This document shows positions 34,587-47,124 of a DNA stretch of 64,000 bases, one piece after another. The position numbers and the translations under genes were made by a program. The notes beneath the pieces are model-generated. The model made no database searches. It was not told the DNA's origin and saw only the letters and a program-made list of their open reading frames with translations. Every line of letters starts with the position of its first letter. The stretch's first letter is position 1. This stretch comes from Sphaerodactylus townsendi (taxonomy: Eukaryota): the NCBI RefSeq assembly GCF_021028975.2, contig NC_059439.1:23064001-23128000 (forward strand). Reading direction: 5' to 3'.

Positions 34587-35653
34587 GGCCGTTTCCGCAC
34601 GGCCAAAAGCAGCGACGCGATGACGTCGCAAATTGCGACGCATCCCAAAAAAAGCGTTCACACAGACAGGCGGAGCTGCTTGATCCAGCAGCCCGCAGAA
34701 ATGTGGCTTGGTTACGCGCGCAGGCGCTTCGCGAGGCGGCGTCTCGCTGACGTTAAGCCTGCACGCGCCTTGCGGCCGATGCAGGCCCGGCGCCATTTGT
34801 GGCGACAGCTCCGTGGCGGCTGTCCGCACGCAGTCGCGGCGTCGTAAATGCGTCACATGGGGAAAAAGAGGCGTTCCGCTTACGGCCAAAAGCAGCGATG
34901 CAGATGCGCATTTCGCAAATTGCGACGCATCCCAAAAAAAGCGTTCACACAGACAGGCGGAGCTGCGGGCGTCCGCAGCCCCCGAAATGTGGCCAGTTAC
35001 CGCACGCAGAGCGCTGCGGAAGGCGGCGTCTCCAGCGATGTGTGCGCCTATGCGCCTTGCGCAACCCGTGCAGGCCAGCGCCATTTTGGCGAGCAGCTCC
35101 CGTGGCGGCTGTTACCGCCCGCGAAGTCACCCGGCGTCGATGCGTCACATGGGGAAAAAAGAGTGGTTTTAAGCGTTTTCTGGAATACGTCTTAGCGCGG
35201 TTTAAGCGTTTTGGCGGCCAGTAGCGATGCGCCCACCTCCGCGCTGCGGCGTGCGAGGCAGCGCTCTCGCTCTGGCCTTCTTTTCCGTTCGCGGCAGCGT
35301 CATAATGGCTATTTTGCCACGTCGCGAGCTTGGCCAGAGTGGTTTTCAAGCGTTTTCTGAATACACCGTCTTGGCGCCCGGTTTGCAAGCGTTTTAGCGA
35401 CGGCGACTTCTCGCGGCACCCTCACGCCGCTGCGGCAGCTCTGGCCGCTTCTTTTTTTCCGTTAGGCGGCGTGTATTTTGCCGATGCGGAAGCGTAGAGT
35501 GGTTTCAGCGTTTTCTAGATACACCCGTCTTAGCGCCCGGTTTAGTTTTATGACGGTAGCGACTCGCCCTTCGTCGCGTCAGCGCTTATCTCAAGCTCTG
35601 ACGCTTCTTTTTCCGTTGCGACGACGTCATATTTTGCCCGTGCGGAAACGGCC
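34587..35653. mobile_element. CpG-rich non-autonomous Harbinger-like element with internal tandem repeats
   Basis: TIR GGCCGTTTCCGCACGG; ~285-bp x2 and ~170-bp x3 internal repeats; absent at the paralogous site ~58340. Confidence 0.8.
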
Positions 35654-36236
35654 CCAGCTTCCATTTGATGCCTAAGAGCTGTCTGCTTCAAAAGTGACCA
35701 GGATCATCCTCTGAGTTGAGTGCTGGCAGCTGTTCTCTGGCTATCCTAAGACTTCTCCTTCTGGCTTGCATGTCTTCTCCTATGCACCTGTGCCTCCTTT
35801 CTAAATGCAGGGGAGAGTCCAGTGTACTGGGGAAAGTGGCTGGTTCCATGGGTTCAGAATCAGGAGGGGTGAGAGGCATCAGATGACCAAAAATGATGTC
35901 CTTACCCCCCAGAGGTTTTTCACCATAGCAAGGTTTTTTTTAAATAGTAAATGTGTTTGCTCTCTTGCTCTTTGGAAGATAATTTAAAATTATTCACTTT
36001 CAAAAGGATTTTCCCAGGTGCTGACTATATAACTTTACAATTTAATGGTGACGCTGCTGATTATATAAATTTACAAGACTAGTGGAATGTGTGTATTAGA
36101 GCAATACTGAAGGGGAAACATGATACAAATAGGCTAGATCCAACCAGCTTTTCTGTGACTAAAAAAGGAGGAGGGATATATTTGATAACCAAAAATCCTA
36201 TGCTGGGGATCATCAGATCTGTGTGGACATAAGCCA

Positions 36237-36237
<1 letters not shown>

Positions 36238-36267
<30 letters not shown>

Positions 36268-36590
36268 AAGAGGAGGAGGAGGAGGAGGAGGAGGAGGAGG
36301 AGGAGGAGTTTGGATTTATATCCCCCCTTTCTCTCCTGCAGGAGACTCAAAGGGGCTTACAATCTTCTTGCCCTTCCCCCCTCACAACAAACACCCTGTG
36401 AGGTAGGTGGGGCTGAGAGAGCTCCGAGAAGTTGTGACTAGCCCAAGGTCACCCAGCTGGTGTGTGTGGGAGTGTACAGGCTAATCTGAATTCCCCAGAT
36501 AAGCCTCCACAGCTCAGGCGGCAGAGCTGGGAATCAAACCCGGTTCCTCCAGATTAGATACATGAGCTCTTAACCTCCTACGCCACTGCT
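36238..36590 (-). mobile_element. tRNA-derived SINE (Squam3-like) with a (CCT)n(CTT)n tail
   Basis: Head AGCAGTGGCGTAGGAGGTTAAGAG..GGTTTGATTCC; absent in the paralog at ~59420. Confidence 0.75.
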
Positions 36591-36900
36591 TTAGGAAAGA
36601 ATGTAATTGGGTGAGATTAAGTGGAGCAAATAGATAAAATCTACCCATTCTCAAAGAGTATTTACTACTAGATGTAACAACACTGTTCTGATGTTGTTTG
36701 AACTTTTTACAGAAACTTTACTGGTGGCATTTGATCTGTGAAAGTTATGTTTCGCACCCAAGTTAACATTTAATATTGCAATGATTACAGAGATGTGATG
36801 CCAATAAATTAGGCATTTCCTACTTCAGAAATATTGTCAAATAATATGCAGTTTATTTAAGACTACACTCAAAATACAAATATGTAAAACATATTTTCCA

Positions 36901-37863
36901 TTATAAATGTTTGGCTTGAGCACTGGCATTCTGAAGTAAAGACACCTTACTGTTCCTCTGTGGTCTTAGCACAATGATGTAGCACTTGGGGAAAAAGACT
37001 AAACCAAGTAAAGCAGTGCTGGAAGCCAAGATGGAGAAGATCTCCACAGTCACCATGGACTTGCCCCTATTGCTCCAATAAGCTGGCACAAAGGACAACC
37101 AGACACAACAAAAGACTAACATGCTGAAGGTGATGAATTTGGTTTCATTAAAAGCATCAGGCAACTTCCTGGCTAGGAAAGCCACAGTGAAGCTGACCAT
37201 GGATAGAAAACCCATGTAGCCGAGTACAGAGTAGAACATGGCAACAGATCCTTCATTTACCGTGGAAACCAAAGGTTAATTTTTTTCCATGCTCTGATGT
37301 CTTCTCCAGATTTGGGAATGGAGGTGAAGTCCCCAGCCAAACAGCACAGATGCCAACTTGAATCAGGGAGAAGAAGATAACCAAGGTCATTGCCAGTCTT
37401 TTCCCTATCCATTTACGCACCCTACTTCCTGGGTTTCTGGCCAGAAAAGCCAAGACCACAGTGATCGTTTTTGCCAAGAGTGAGGAAACTGCAACCGTGA
37501 AGACGATGCCAAAAGAAATTTGTCCAGTGAGGAGAAGGCAGGTCCATTTTTTCCTTGGTTTTTTGCAAAGGAATTATCAAGAAGAACAAAGGAAGCACTG
37601 GGGGAAGCAGAAGGGAGAAAAGAAAGAAGGAAAGTGAGGGTCTTGGTTGTTGGCTTTCCTGAATTGGTGTGTTCCCTGTAATGATTTCAATGAATATTCC
37701 CTAGAACTATAACATGTGATGAGGGAAAGAAACCCTGCAGAGGTTGTCATGATGATTCCCAAAGGCTCTTCATATGACAGAAACAAAATGACCTTTGGAA
37801 TACATTTATCTTGCTGGTCATTTGGGTATTGTTCTTCAGGGCATTCCTCACAATAATCCATAT
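36901..37863 (-). pseudogene. V2R-A exon 6 (cysteine-rich end plus 7TM), frameshifted as assembled
   Basis: [15 protein letters not shown] and AFLARNPG motifs; 963 bp versus 920 bp for the intact paralogous exon; scattered small insertions that may be sequencing error. Confidence 0.7.
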
Positions 37864-38067
37864 CTGAAATTTGCAAAAAGATATCCATGACAATTTTATT
37901 AATGAGGTTGTAAAAGAAGAGGAAGAAATGAAGCAAAGTAATTTCATATGAAAAGTAATTCTGCTTAGTATGGGATTGAACATGGCTCTGAAAATCTGGA
38001 TCTGATTAGCTGTTTGAAAAACAACGTGAACACTGATAATTGAATACTGATATTTTTAGTTGCATGG

Positions 38068-38816
38068 GGATGTTTGGAGACTCATTTCGTCAGAAAGAAT
38101 ACTAACACAACTTGTTGGAATAGAAATCGGCCGCAGCCCAAAATTTATTTAACACATAACCAAGAAACCTTGAAGCTGGGCGAGCATGCACCCAAGGCAC
38201 ATCCTATTTTGGCCCCAGGTAGCAAACCAGCTGAACCCTGGTTATAGAAGACAGCCCAAGCTAGACCCCTTAGGCCCTTTCGGACAGGAACCCTGTCCGG
38301 CACATCGAGGGAGCGGAACAGGAAGGTACTGAGGTGCCACAAGGATTGCAAACCCAATTTGTGACACCCCTCCCCTGCCGGAGACAGCGAGGCTCTCCAG
38401 GCGCGCGACCCCCCCAGGCTTGGCTTTTGAGAGCTGCTCATCATGCACCACCGGACCTCCCTTAAGGGAGGCCCCGAGGTGGGAAGGTCCGGCAATGCAA
38501 GGCTTCTGCCTTCCCCAAATAGGATGTGCTCTTATGCCATACCGCCCGAGAAGTGAACTGCGACCAAAAACATAACAATGAACAACCCCTCAAAAAACCC
38601 CTTCCAATTGGGACAGGGAGGGAGGGCCTTAAAACGATCTGGCCTTGAAAGAGGCCCAACCCCCGCCGATGCAGCCTTTTAAGGCTGCCAGAGGCCCCTG
38701 TCACGTGCCGGCACCCGGCCACGTGACCGCCTCATCCGGCCGGTGGGAGGAGGAAGAAGCCTCCAATCGTCCCTCCTCCCTTGCAACAGCGCCTCCAGGC
38801 TGAAGCCTGAGGCGCG
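38068..38816 (-). mobile_element. DIRS/Ngaro-like non-autonomous element in V2R-A intron 5
   Basis: CACGTG boxes, TTAAAAGG, AATAAA-TTTTGGGCTGCGGCCGATTTCTATTCC; same family as 2590; absent in V2R-B. Confidence 0.5.
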
Positions 38817-39224
38817 ATTAAGCTTTTAAACATACAACTATATTTGTAGATAATCACTCAGTTTCATTCNNNNNNNNNNNNNNNNNNNNNNNNNNNNNNN
38901 NNNNNNNNNNNNNNNNNNNNNNNNNNNNNNNNNNNNNNNNNNNNNNNNNNNNNNNNNNNNNNNNNNNNNNNNNNNNNNNNNNNNNNNNNNNNNNNNNNNN
39001 NNNNNNNNNNNNNNNNNNNNNAGATCTTTGTTCATATGGGTTCCATGGCCACCCAAATGTTATTTTTGCTGGTTACATACAATCTCTCTGTCTACCCAGT
39101 AAAAAAAAAATTCGAAGGTAAAATATGTATTGTAGGAGCTACATGTCTGTTAGAAGAATTTCAATCCACCTCATCAACTCCACTCCAATGTAGGCTAGAT
39201 AGTGACAGCTTAAGTGACACGTAC

Positions 39225-39348
39225 CTTTTTGGTTAGAGATTGCTCCTTCCATGCACTGGACACAATCAAAGCAACATGATAACTTCCCAAGTGGAACTAT
39301 TCTTCTAAAGCCAGAATGGCAACTTTCACTGCACACAGATGTTGGTGT
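39225..39348 (-). CDS. V2R-A exon 5 (124 bp, nine-cysteine domain)
   Basis: TPTSVCSESCHSGFRR..CCFDCVQC; AG/GT borders. Confidence 0.9.
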
Positions 39349-39817
39349 CTAAGTATAAATGTGTGCGTTATATTGATGAAAATGTATTTCAATAAGCATA
39401 AATATACAAGGAATAGAGTATTTCAGGAATAGACAAAAGGCCCATCCAATGCAGCATTCACTTACCAACAATAACTAATGTGATGTTTCCAGGAAGAATG
39501 AAAGTCAGAGCTCTCTCTAGTTGCTTGCACCCCCAGTAACTGGTATCCCAACCTTTGGAATATGAAATTCCATTTAGCTGAAAGGAATGTGTCTAACTTT
39601 TTTTTTAAAAAAAGTCATATCAGTGGTTTCTATGAGCACAGATTATCCACATCACTTGGATGTTATATGTGAATAACTAAGGACATTATTTTGCAAAATG
39701 TGAAGACATACATTCTGTGCACCACCCCAAAAAAGAAACCCCCCTAAGTTTTTCTGCAATGGGCATGTCTACCAAATGCTTTACTGTGGTTGTCAGACAA
39801 GCCTTCTGAGCAGCTAA

Positions 39818-40071
39818 GGTCAACTCTGCATGGGCCAAAAAGCATCCCTGGAATGGTAAAAATGCTGCTCCAGGGGTGCTATTTGCATGGCTTCCACGTT
39901 TGCAATGAGGCAGCGCCATGCTTTTCTCCTGAAACTAGTGGGAAAGAGTGACTTTTGGGAAACAGCATTTCCTCACCAGTGCCTCCATATCCCCCCACAC
40001 TTAGGGGCATCATACACCAGCTTCATACATGCCAATGGGAAGCTGCTTCCCTGGGCCATGCAAAGTGGACC
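39818..40071. mobile_element. Harbinger-like MITE
   Basis: TIR GGTC(A/C)ACT(C/T)TGCATGG; TSD TAA; absent in V2R-B. Confidence 0.65.
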
Positions 40072-40653
40072 TAAGATTCTTTGATCCACGTCCGCATAGC
40101 TGTGAAGATAGTTCACCTAAAATTTTAAAAAAGAAAAACTATATACTGCCAGAATCTGCAGGACAAGCTGAGTACAACTATTTACTCTTTAGGCTGAACA
40201 GGGACCAAAGATTGGAGCATAAAGAGAAAATGTCCTGGGGCAACCTGCAGTAAATGGCAGCAAGGAGAATCCCTTCTGCAGCACACAAAATATCAGGCAC
40301 AAGCCAAGGGTGAAACTTACCACTGAGGCAAATGGTCAGGCAGGAAAAATAAGACACCCCCTGACCTCCTCTGTTCCACACAGCAAGTCAGGAAACATCT
40401 TACAGGTGGGTGCATTTTTGGAATCCTCAAAAAAAGATGTCTTTCGATGAAATAAGACATTTTGAAGACATCTTTGGAAAAAAGCTGCATGGAGTTTCTT
40501 CCCTAGGCATCTTTTTTTAAATACATCTAATTTCAGCTGTGGAATTTGAAACTACTTGCTCTCTGACTGCTGAAAGCACCAGTGAACAAGTTATTCAGTA
40601 AGAAGAATGTTCCTAACACAATCCCTTCATGTCCTTCCATCATTGCTCCTGAC

Positions 40654-40881
40654 CTGGTTAAACCTGGTGTTCCACACTATAGCTTCTTCACTGATGACAA
40701 TGACTTCACTCGTGGAAATCTGAGCTGCAAGATATCCAACCTGGGTAGGAAGTGGGGTATTATTTGGCAAAATGGCCCAGTTCAGAATGTCATATCCAGC
40801 ATTCAAATCACCATTCCTGTCAAAAGATACTTCCTCACCAGCTGTGTTGTTAAAGTGGACATTCCTCAAGAGAGAATTTAG
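40654..40881 (-). CDS. V2R-A exon 4 (228 bp)
   Basis: LRNVHFNNTAGEEVSFDRNGDL..YDILNW; AG/GT borders. Confidence 0.9.
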
Positions 40882-41332
40882 CTAATTTTAAAAGAAGGAA
40901 AAAAAATACAACACAGATGTATGCATATATAACCAGGGCAGCATCAGGACTACAATGACATTACAGAAGGCCCTTTGTATTGTTTAGAAACAATTCTAGT
41001 AAAACATATGGGATGCACCCTTGGACAAGGGTACTTCTCTCACATAAAGGGATTTTCAGCATGCTTCTTGTTGATGCAGTCCCTAGTACCATCTGAAAAA
41101 AAAACTGTAAGAGGTCCTCCAGAACAGTCCCATAGACTGTATGATAATATCACCCCTACACCATAAGCATTCAGAAGTGTTTTACTTATGCAAAACATGG
41201 TGTTGAATCAATCACAATTTCCAGGAATATGGAACTCCTTTCACCACAATAGGGCATTTAATTTCTGTAATGAAAATTTACTTTGCTTTGTCAAGCAGAA
41301 TACAGTTTATTACATTATTGGTCACTCATGTA

Positions 41333-41884
41333 CCGGCGTATAAGACTACTGGGCGTATAAGACGACCCCCCCCCCCACTTTTCCGGTTAAAATATAGAGT
41401 TTGGGATATACTCGCCGTATAAGACTACGTCAAATGCTTATGGCATGCAGCTGCTGGACGTCTCTAGGAGAACTCCAAAGAATCGTGCCCCGAACAACTT
41501 GGGGAAATTTTTTCACTCCGAGGAAGAGGAGAAACTTGACCCTCCCTTTCACATTCACAAAGTTTCCAGATCATATCTCCCTCGGGGGGGGGGGGCGCAC
41601 TGACAGTTGCACTAGGATCATGGCAAGTGGTGGCGACGGGCTGAAGTTGCACAGACAGGGAGGCAGGCAGGTGGCTGGCCAAGCTAGAGTAGGGCAAGTT
41701 TCATGTTCAGGAGTGAGGAACTGAACCCAGTGTGCGGGGGGTGAGCAGCAGCATCAGCAGAGCTGCTGCTCCAGATCCTGGGCACTCAGTACCACCTGCT
41801 CAGTAGCCAGCATATAAGACGACCCCAGACTTTACAGATGATTTCCCAGGGTTCAAAAGTAGTCTTATACACCAGTATATATGG
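41333..41884. mobile_element. Tc1/mariner (pogo/Tigger-like) MITE
   Basis: TA TSD; inverted ends GG(C/T)GTATAAGACTACT; empty site catgTAacag at 63897-63906. Confidence 0.75.
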
Positions 41885-41911
41885 TAACAGTTTTCTAATA
41901 GAGGTGGTTAC

Positions 41912-42727
41912 CTGCCATGCACAACTATCATGGAGCTCCACTCTAGCTGCTTTTTTCTTTGCTGTTTGTAAACAGTACATTTCATGTAAAACATGTGCTA
42001 TTGCATAAACAGCATTGGAAATACTGTAGCTATGCCTGGATGTGTTCATATCGAAGAGGTCACTGTTAAGATCTTCCAGCTTCTCCTTTCCTGTACACCT
42101 TTTCCAGGCTCCATCCAATATGTACTCTTCCCATGAGCATTTGAATACCTGGGACCAAAACTGTTTCTGAAGAAAATCATTTTTATATTTGTTGGGGTTA
42201 AACATTTTGAGGAAATCCTGGAATCCTGGAATCTCACGCGTGTGTACTGCAAAAGAGAGAGCCCCATGGAATGTTGTCAAATTAAAGGGGATTCTGGAAA
42301 AATGAGAAGTGAAGTCCCAACTGCTTGTTGTGAGCCACACCTTGCCACTAATCTGGGTGTTATTGAGAATAACATGTAGCTGAAATAATACGTCAGTCTC
42401 TCCATGAACAAGCACTACGTTGGATGTCAGCTTTGAAACCTTCAAACCTAAGGCAATGACAGATTCCAGATCAAGCTGAACATAGATAGGCAAAAGAGCT
42501 ACAAACTCAATACAAGCATGGATTTTCCTCATTTCTTGGGTAATTGTTTGAAGAAAGTTCTTGCCATTGGTGTTATCTGAACTGATTAAACTGACCCATT
42601 TCCAACCAAAATGTGCAAGTAAACAGCTCATTCCAATGAATTGCACTGATTCACTTGGAACTGTCCGATAGAAGGAAGGGAACTGAGATTTGTCACTCAA
42701 GATGGAATCGGATGAGCCATAGCTGAT
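41912..42727 (-). CDS. V2R-A exon 3 (816 bp, Venus-flytrap domain)
   Basis: ISYGS..LSDKSQFPSFYRTVP..HFGWKWV..YSISNAVYAIAH..AWQ; phase 0/0 borders. Confidence 0.92.
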
Positions 42728-43447
42728 CTAAGAAAGAAGAGCATGGTGATTTCCCATTAAAAATCAGAACCCTGTCCATTTCTAACATTCTGTATTTTTG
42801 CACTGCTTCATATGAACCTTATATTTACATGAAATTTGGAATTTGTTACATTACATTTCAACTTGATGCCTTGTTAATATTGGTAGTACTCATCCAATTT
42901 CTGAGATCACGTATACACCGATTTAAATACAGCTTTAATCTGTGAGCCATAATTCAGCTACAAATAGCTATTTAAAAACATTTTTGATATTGAGAGCTAG
43001 GGCAGCTTTGCTGTGTTTCACATAAAGATGTTAGTAGACTGTATATTTCTCCACAGAACTCAACGTGCTGAACCTTCTATGTTGTAGAATCCTCCACCTG
43101 GGCCAAGTGCCTACCCAGCCCTACTCCCAACCATTTACTTGAAGGTTTGGTGATGGTTCTTCAATGAACTATAAATGCTCTGGTATTAAAGTACCATGTG
43201 CAATAATGCACAAAATAAAAATTTTGAGAAAGGCAGTACAAAAAATAAGCAATAATGCTCATATTAATTTGGGACTATATTCTACTGTGGAAGCATACAA
43301 TTTTCTTGACGGCTGCATCTCCACTGACCCAACTAACATCTTCATGTGAAACAGTATAATTTATTACTGCATTCAATATAATGATGGACAAATAAGAAGC
43401 GATGTGACTTTTTTTTAGTGGTGGGGAATGTTTTCTTCTGTGACTTA

Positions 43448-43561
43448 GGCACATTCCACATGGGCCAAAAATCAGTGTGAAAACAGTCTAAACCCTTTTA
43501 CACCATTTTAAATCCTTTAACACTGCATTCACACCCCTTTTTGGCCCATGCGGTATCCGTC
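43448..43561. mobile_element. Small Harbinger-like MITE
   Basis: Inverted CATGGGCCAAAA ends; TSD TTA. Confidence 0.5.
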
Positions 43562-43983
43562 TTATTTTCTTTTACATGCTGGGTGAAAGCCTTCCTTTTA
43601 ATCTAGCTTTGAAACAAAAGGGTATTTTATTTTTTAAAAACATTTTTATGCTATGCTTATGACCCAAGGTTTGTTTTATCATCTGCATTTGAGAACTACT
43701 CAAGGTGTATTTTATGATGCTATGCCTGTTTATTTAAGTGACACTGGCTTGTTTTTAGTGGCTATGTTTTATGGTCTTACTTGTAAGCCATCTTGAAAAA
43801 CTTGCTTGAAACATGAAATAAAACATTTTTAAACTAACAAGGTCTTCCATATTTCTTCACAAACCTGCTGTTAAAAGGGCTGCAACAATTCCTCCAATGT
43901 TATAACTCAGCACCAGATTAAGAAACTTGTATTCTGCCAATTTCAAAGCAGTAGTTAAGCATTTATATCTGTTTGCCTTTTAC

Positions 43984-44272
43984 CTGTGGGATCTTGTATA
44001 TCGCTAGGAAATCCGCTGTATTGATGGATAAATCAGATCGAAGACTTCCAATTACAGCCATAAGTAGTCTTCTCCTGCAGTTATAGTTAGGAACAATCTT
44101 ATGTTGACCTGAAGTTAACTGTGTAGTGCTCAAATAAACTGTCCTTGCATAAAAAAAATCTTGACAGAGGTGGATTCCAAGAGTGAAGTTAGGCAATAGT
44201 GTGGGATCTTTATTGATCTCCTGAACTGTAAACAAGAATGCCAGCAAGTACTGGAATGATTTTGGAAGTAGC
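43984..44272 (-). CDS. V2R-A exon 2 (289 bp)
   Basis: AFLFTVQEINKDPTLLPNFTLG..VPNYNC..YKIPQ; phase matches exon 1. Confidence 0.92.
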
Positions 44273-45151
44273 CTGAAACAGAAAATTGGCTTGCCTGTGA
44301 AAACAAACATCTTTATGATGAAAATTTTGTATGAACCCATTTGCCAATGCCAGTCATACTTAATAAAACATGCCATGCAAATCAGTTTGTGAGCTGAAAT
44401 AGCCAAAACAAGACTGAGGAAGAGAGTAGAAACAGCCATACCATTGACAACAAGACTGATCTACGATTGAAAAAAAAACAGATTAAACTGAAAGTGGTCA
44501 GTATATAACAATTCAGCAAGCTTAAGCACACTGAATGATCAGATCCACTGTAATGAATTGTTGCTGACAGAGAAAAGGAATCCCAACCACTAATTCAATA
44601 CAAAGAGATCAGATTGGAAACCATTAGGGTAATAATAAAAGTGCCATTTTTTTTAAATTAGAGACTTTCTGAATACAACGATTTATTTAAATATTGCACA
44701 AAATTAAAATATTACACAATAAACAGCTTTAAAATGCACTTAAAACACAGCACAATTGCTTGAAAATGTTATCTCAGCAAAGTCTAAAAAATCACTCATC
44801 CAAATCCAGTTCACTTACTTAAACTAAAAATGTCTACACACCCTTTGGTAAAAAGGCAAGATGGAACATAACATGGTGACTTGACACTTAAAGCAAGATT
44901 AGGCAACATAGGAACTTCTACCACAGGCACAGGGTGACACAATAGAATAGACTCTGTTCTTAGTAGCCACTTGTCTGACTTCAGACATTGAGGATCACAC
45001 AGAGAATGGTCAATGAAGAAGATCTTAATTATTAATCAAGAAATCATGGGAGAAGGCAGCACTTTACAGATAAGTGATCAATTGCAATAAATTGGATCCA
45101 AACCATAAATCCAGAGTTTTTGGTTGAACTAGATTAGTGAGCAGATCTTAC

Positions 45152-45369
45152 CAAGCATCAAATAAAAAGGAAGATGGATATTGTTCAAAGCTATCACTCC
45201 CATTTGGATTCAATAATGCAATGAAATTAGACATAATGCCACCAATGATAAAATCTCCATCTTCGTAGTACCCATTCTGCAGGAGTCTTCCAAAAGCACA
45301 TTTTCCACAGGAGATTTTGAAAACAGAGTGAGATACCATCAGTATCATTAATGGCTTCAAGAAGAGCAT
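45152..45369 (-). CDS. V2R-A exon 1 (signal peptide; Vmn2r26-like family)
   Basis: MLFLKPLMILMVSHS..YYEDGDFIIGGI; donor TG|GTAAGA; start codon inferred. Confidence 0.8.
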
Positions 45370-46319
45370 TGTGGCAAGTAAAAGACAGGTGATTCCACAC
45401 GGCACTAAAAATATAAAGATCTATTCCATTTCTTGGGTAGGAGTGAAATATGGAAACTCACAGTGATGATAGAACTTCAGAGAGGTAGGAGGTGAGATAA
45501 CCATAATCAAAACTCTGTAATTTCAGGAATCAAATAAAAAGTGGCAGTTCCGGAAGATTATGGTTGTGCAAATTCTTGAAAACATTGGTGTTTCCCATTT
45601 ATTAAGAAGTTAACTGCAGTTTGAACAACAACTGTGAGACTTCAGGATGCCAGATGAAATACCTATGCAATCCATAAAAACAAATCCAGCAAGTTATGGG
45701 ACAGGATAGGTATTACAGTTTTGTAGAAAGTAAAGAAGCAAGGATAGAATGTTTAATGAGTGAAAAAAGAATGTGTTATATAATAGACGATGGATTGAAT
45801 TACAGTTTCCAGTAGTTTCCATACTTATAACAGCTACCAACATCTATGAATCCTCCCAAATGGATGGAGATATTAAACTGAAAACCCAAGGGGAAAGTGG
45901 GCATTACTCGGCCTATACAGTTAAGTTAGAATTTTTCAAAGTCCCAAAATCTGTGTTATTAGGCTGACAGTCATTTCAGCAAACAGTAGTTCCATTTAAA
46001 AATACAGCATCTTTACTACTTTTCTTAAAATAATCCCTCCTATCTCGAACGTTCTCACTGATTACAGTAATCCCAGTCACACAATGACTGCTTGCAAGAA
46101 GTACATAATTCTCCCATCAGTTCGATTCCAGATCCCAGCACTCAAAGCAAAACATTTTATGGCAAATATGATTCCCTTAAGGCAGAAGAAAGAGGAAATG
46201 TGTAGGTTGCATCCAGTCAGTTATTTTGCTCAATTCTCTTCTTAACAGCAGCCCCTGTTTCTTGTGGCTTTGGTCAATGAAGGTCCCATAACCCTCATCA
46301 TAGCCTTTTGGGTGGGTAG

Positions 46320-47124
46320 AAAGAAGAAGAGTTTGGATTTATATCTCACCACTCTCTCCTATAAGGAAACTCAAGGTCGCTTAACAGCTCCATTCCTTTC
46401 CTCTCCCCAAAACAGACACCTTGGCCCTTTCCGCACAGGCGGAATATGGCGGCCTGGGGATGGCAAAAACGCTGTCCCCAGGCCCCCATTTGCACAGGGG
46501 GCACAGCTGCAGATCAGCCGTGCTGCCCTCGCGCCACCTGACCGGTGCGAAGCCGGAGTTTCCAGAGTGCGCTGGGAAACGCACTTTCCCAGAAACGCCG
46601 GCTGGGAGCCACTGCCGTGCGAACAGCAGTGGCTTCCAACCGCCTCCCCCCCCCCACTCCCTCCCTTCACTTACCTGTTCTCCAGCCCTCTGGTGCGTCA
46701 CCGGGGCCTGGGGACATGCCCCCCTGCTCTGCGATGCTGAAGCAGGTGCGTAGGGCAGGGGAGGCATGTCCCCAGGCCCCGGCGATGCGCTGGAGGGCCG
46801 GAGAGCAGGTAAGTCCACCGGGCGATGGCACCCAGCGGCGCCATCTTCCCGGTTCTTTCTGGGACCATCCAAGCGGACGGTCCTGGCGGCGTCGGGTCGG
46901 CGTCAGTAACGCCACCCCAAGCCCTTCTGCCTCCGTGCGGAAAGGGCCCTTGTGAGGGAGGTGGGGCTGAAGAATTTTGACTAACCCAAGATCACCCAGC
47001 AGCAATGCAGGAGTGTGGAAACACATTTGGTTCACCAGATAAGCCTCTGCCAGTCAGGTAGAGGAGTAGGGAATCAAACCCGGTTCTCCAAATTAGAATC
47101 CACCTACTCTTAACGACTACACCA
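46320..47124 (-). mobile_element. tRNA-derived SINE (Squam3-like) split by a Harbinger-like element
   Basis: Head GGTGTAGTCGTTAAGAG..GGTTTGATTCC at the right end; tail at the left end. Confidence 0.7.
46423..46948. mobile_element. GC-rich Harbinger-like non-autonomous element
   Basis: TIR GGCCCTTTCCGCAC; TSD CTT. Confidence 0.8.

Larger units (their letters stand above)
31700..41980. repeat. OR+V2R cassette copy, paralogous to ~54020-64000 and partly to ~48640-53860
   Basis: Colinear homology across the OR upstream region, intergenic DNA and V2R exons and introns. Confidence 0.9.

Noticed and set aside
34599-35560. Regularly spaced repeats suggesting a CRISPR-like array
   Set aside because: Vertebrate DNA; whole units repeat without unique spacers inside a TIR element; no cas genes
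34584-35675. Many overlapping 60-166 aa Arg/Ala-rich ORFs (also at 19.4-20.2, 46.3-47.0 and 62.4-63.0 kb)
   Set aside because: They arise from stop-poor, GC-rich MITE interiors; no recognisable domains
36223-36441. Poly-Lys/Arg protamine-like ORF
   Set aside because: Translation of the (AAG)n(AGG)n SINE tail
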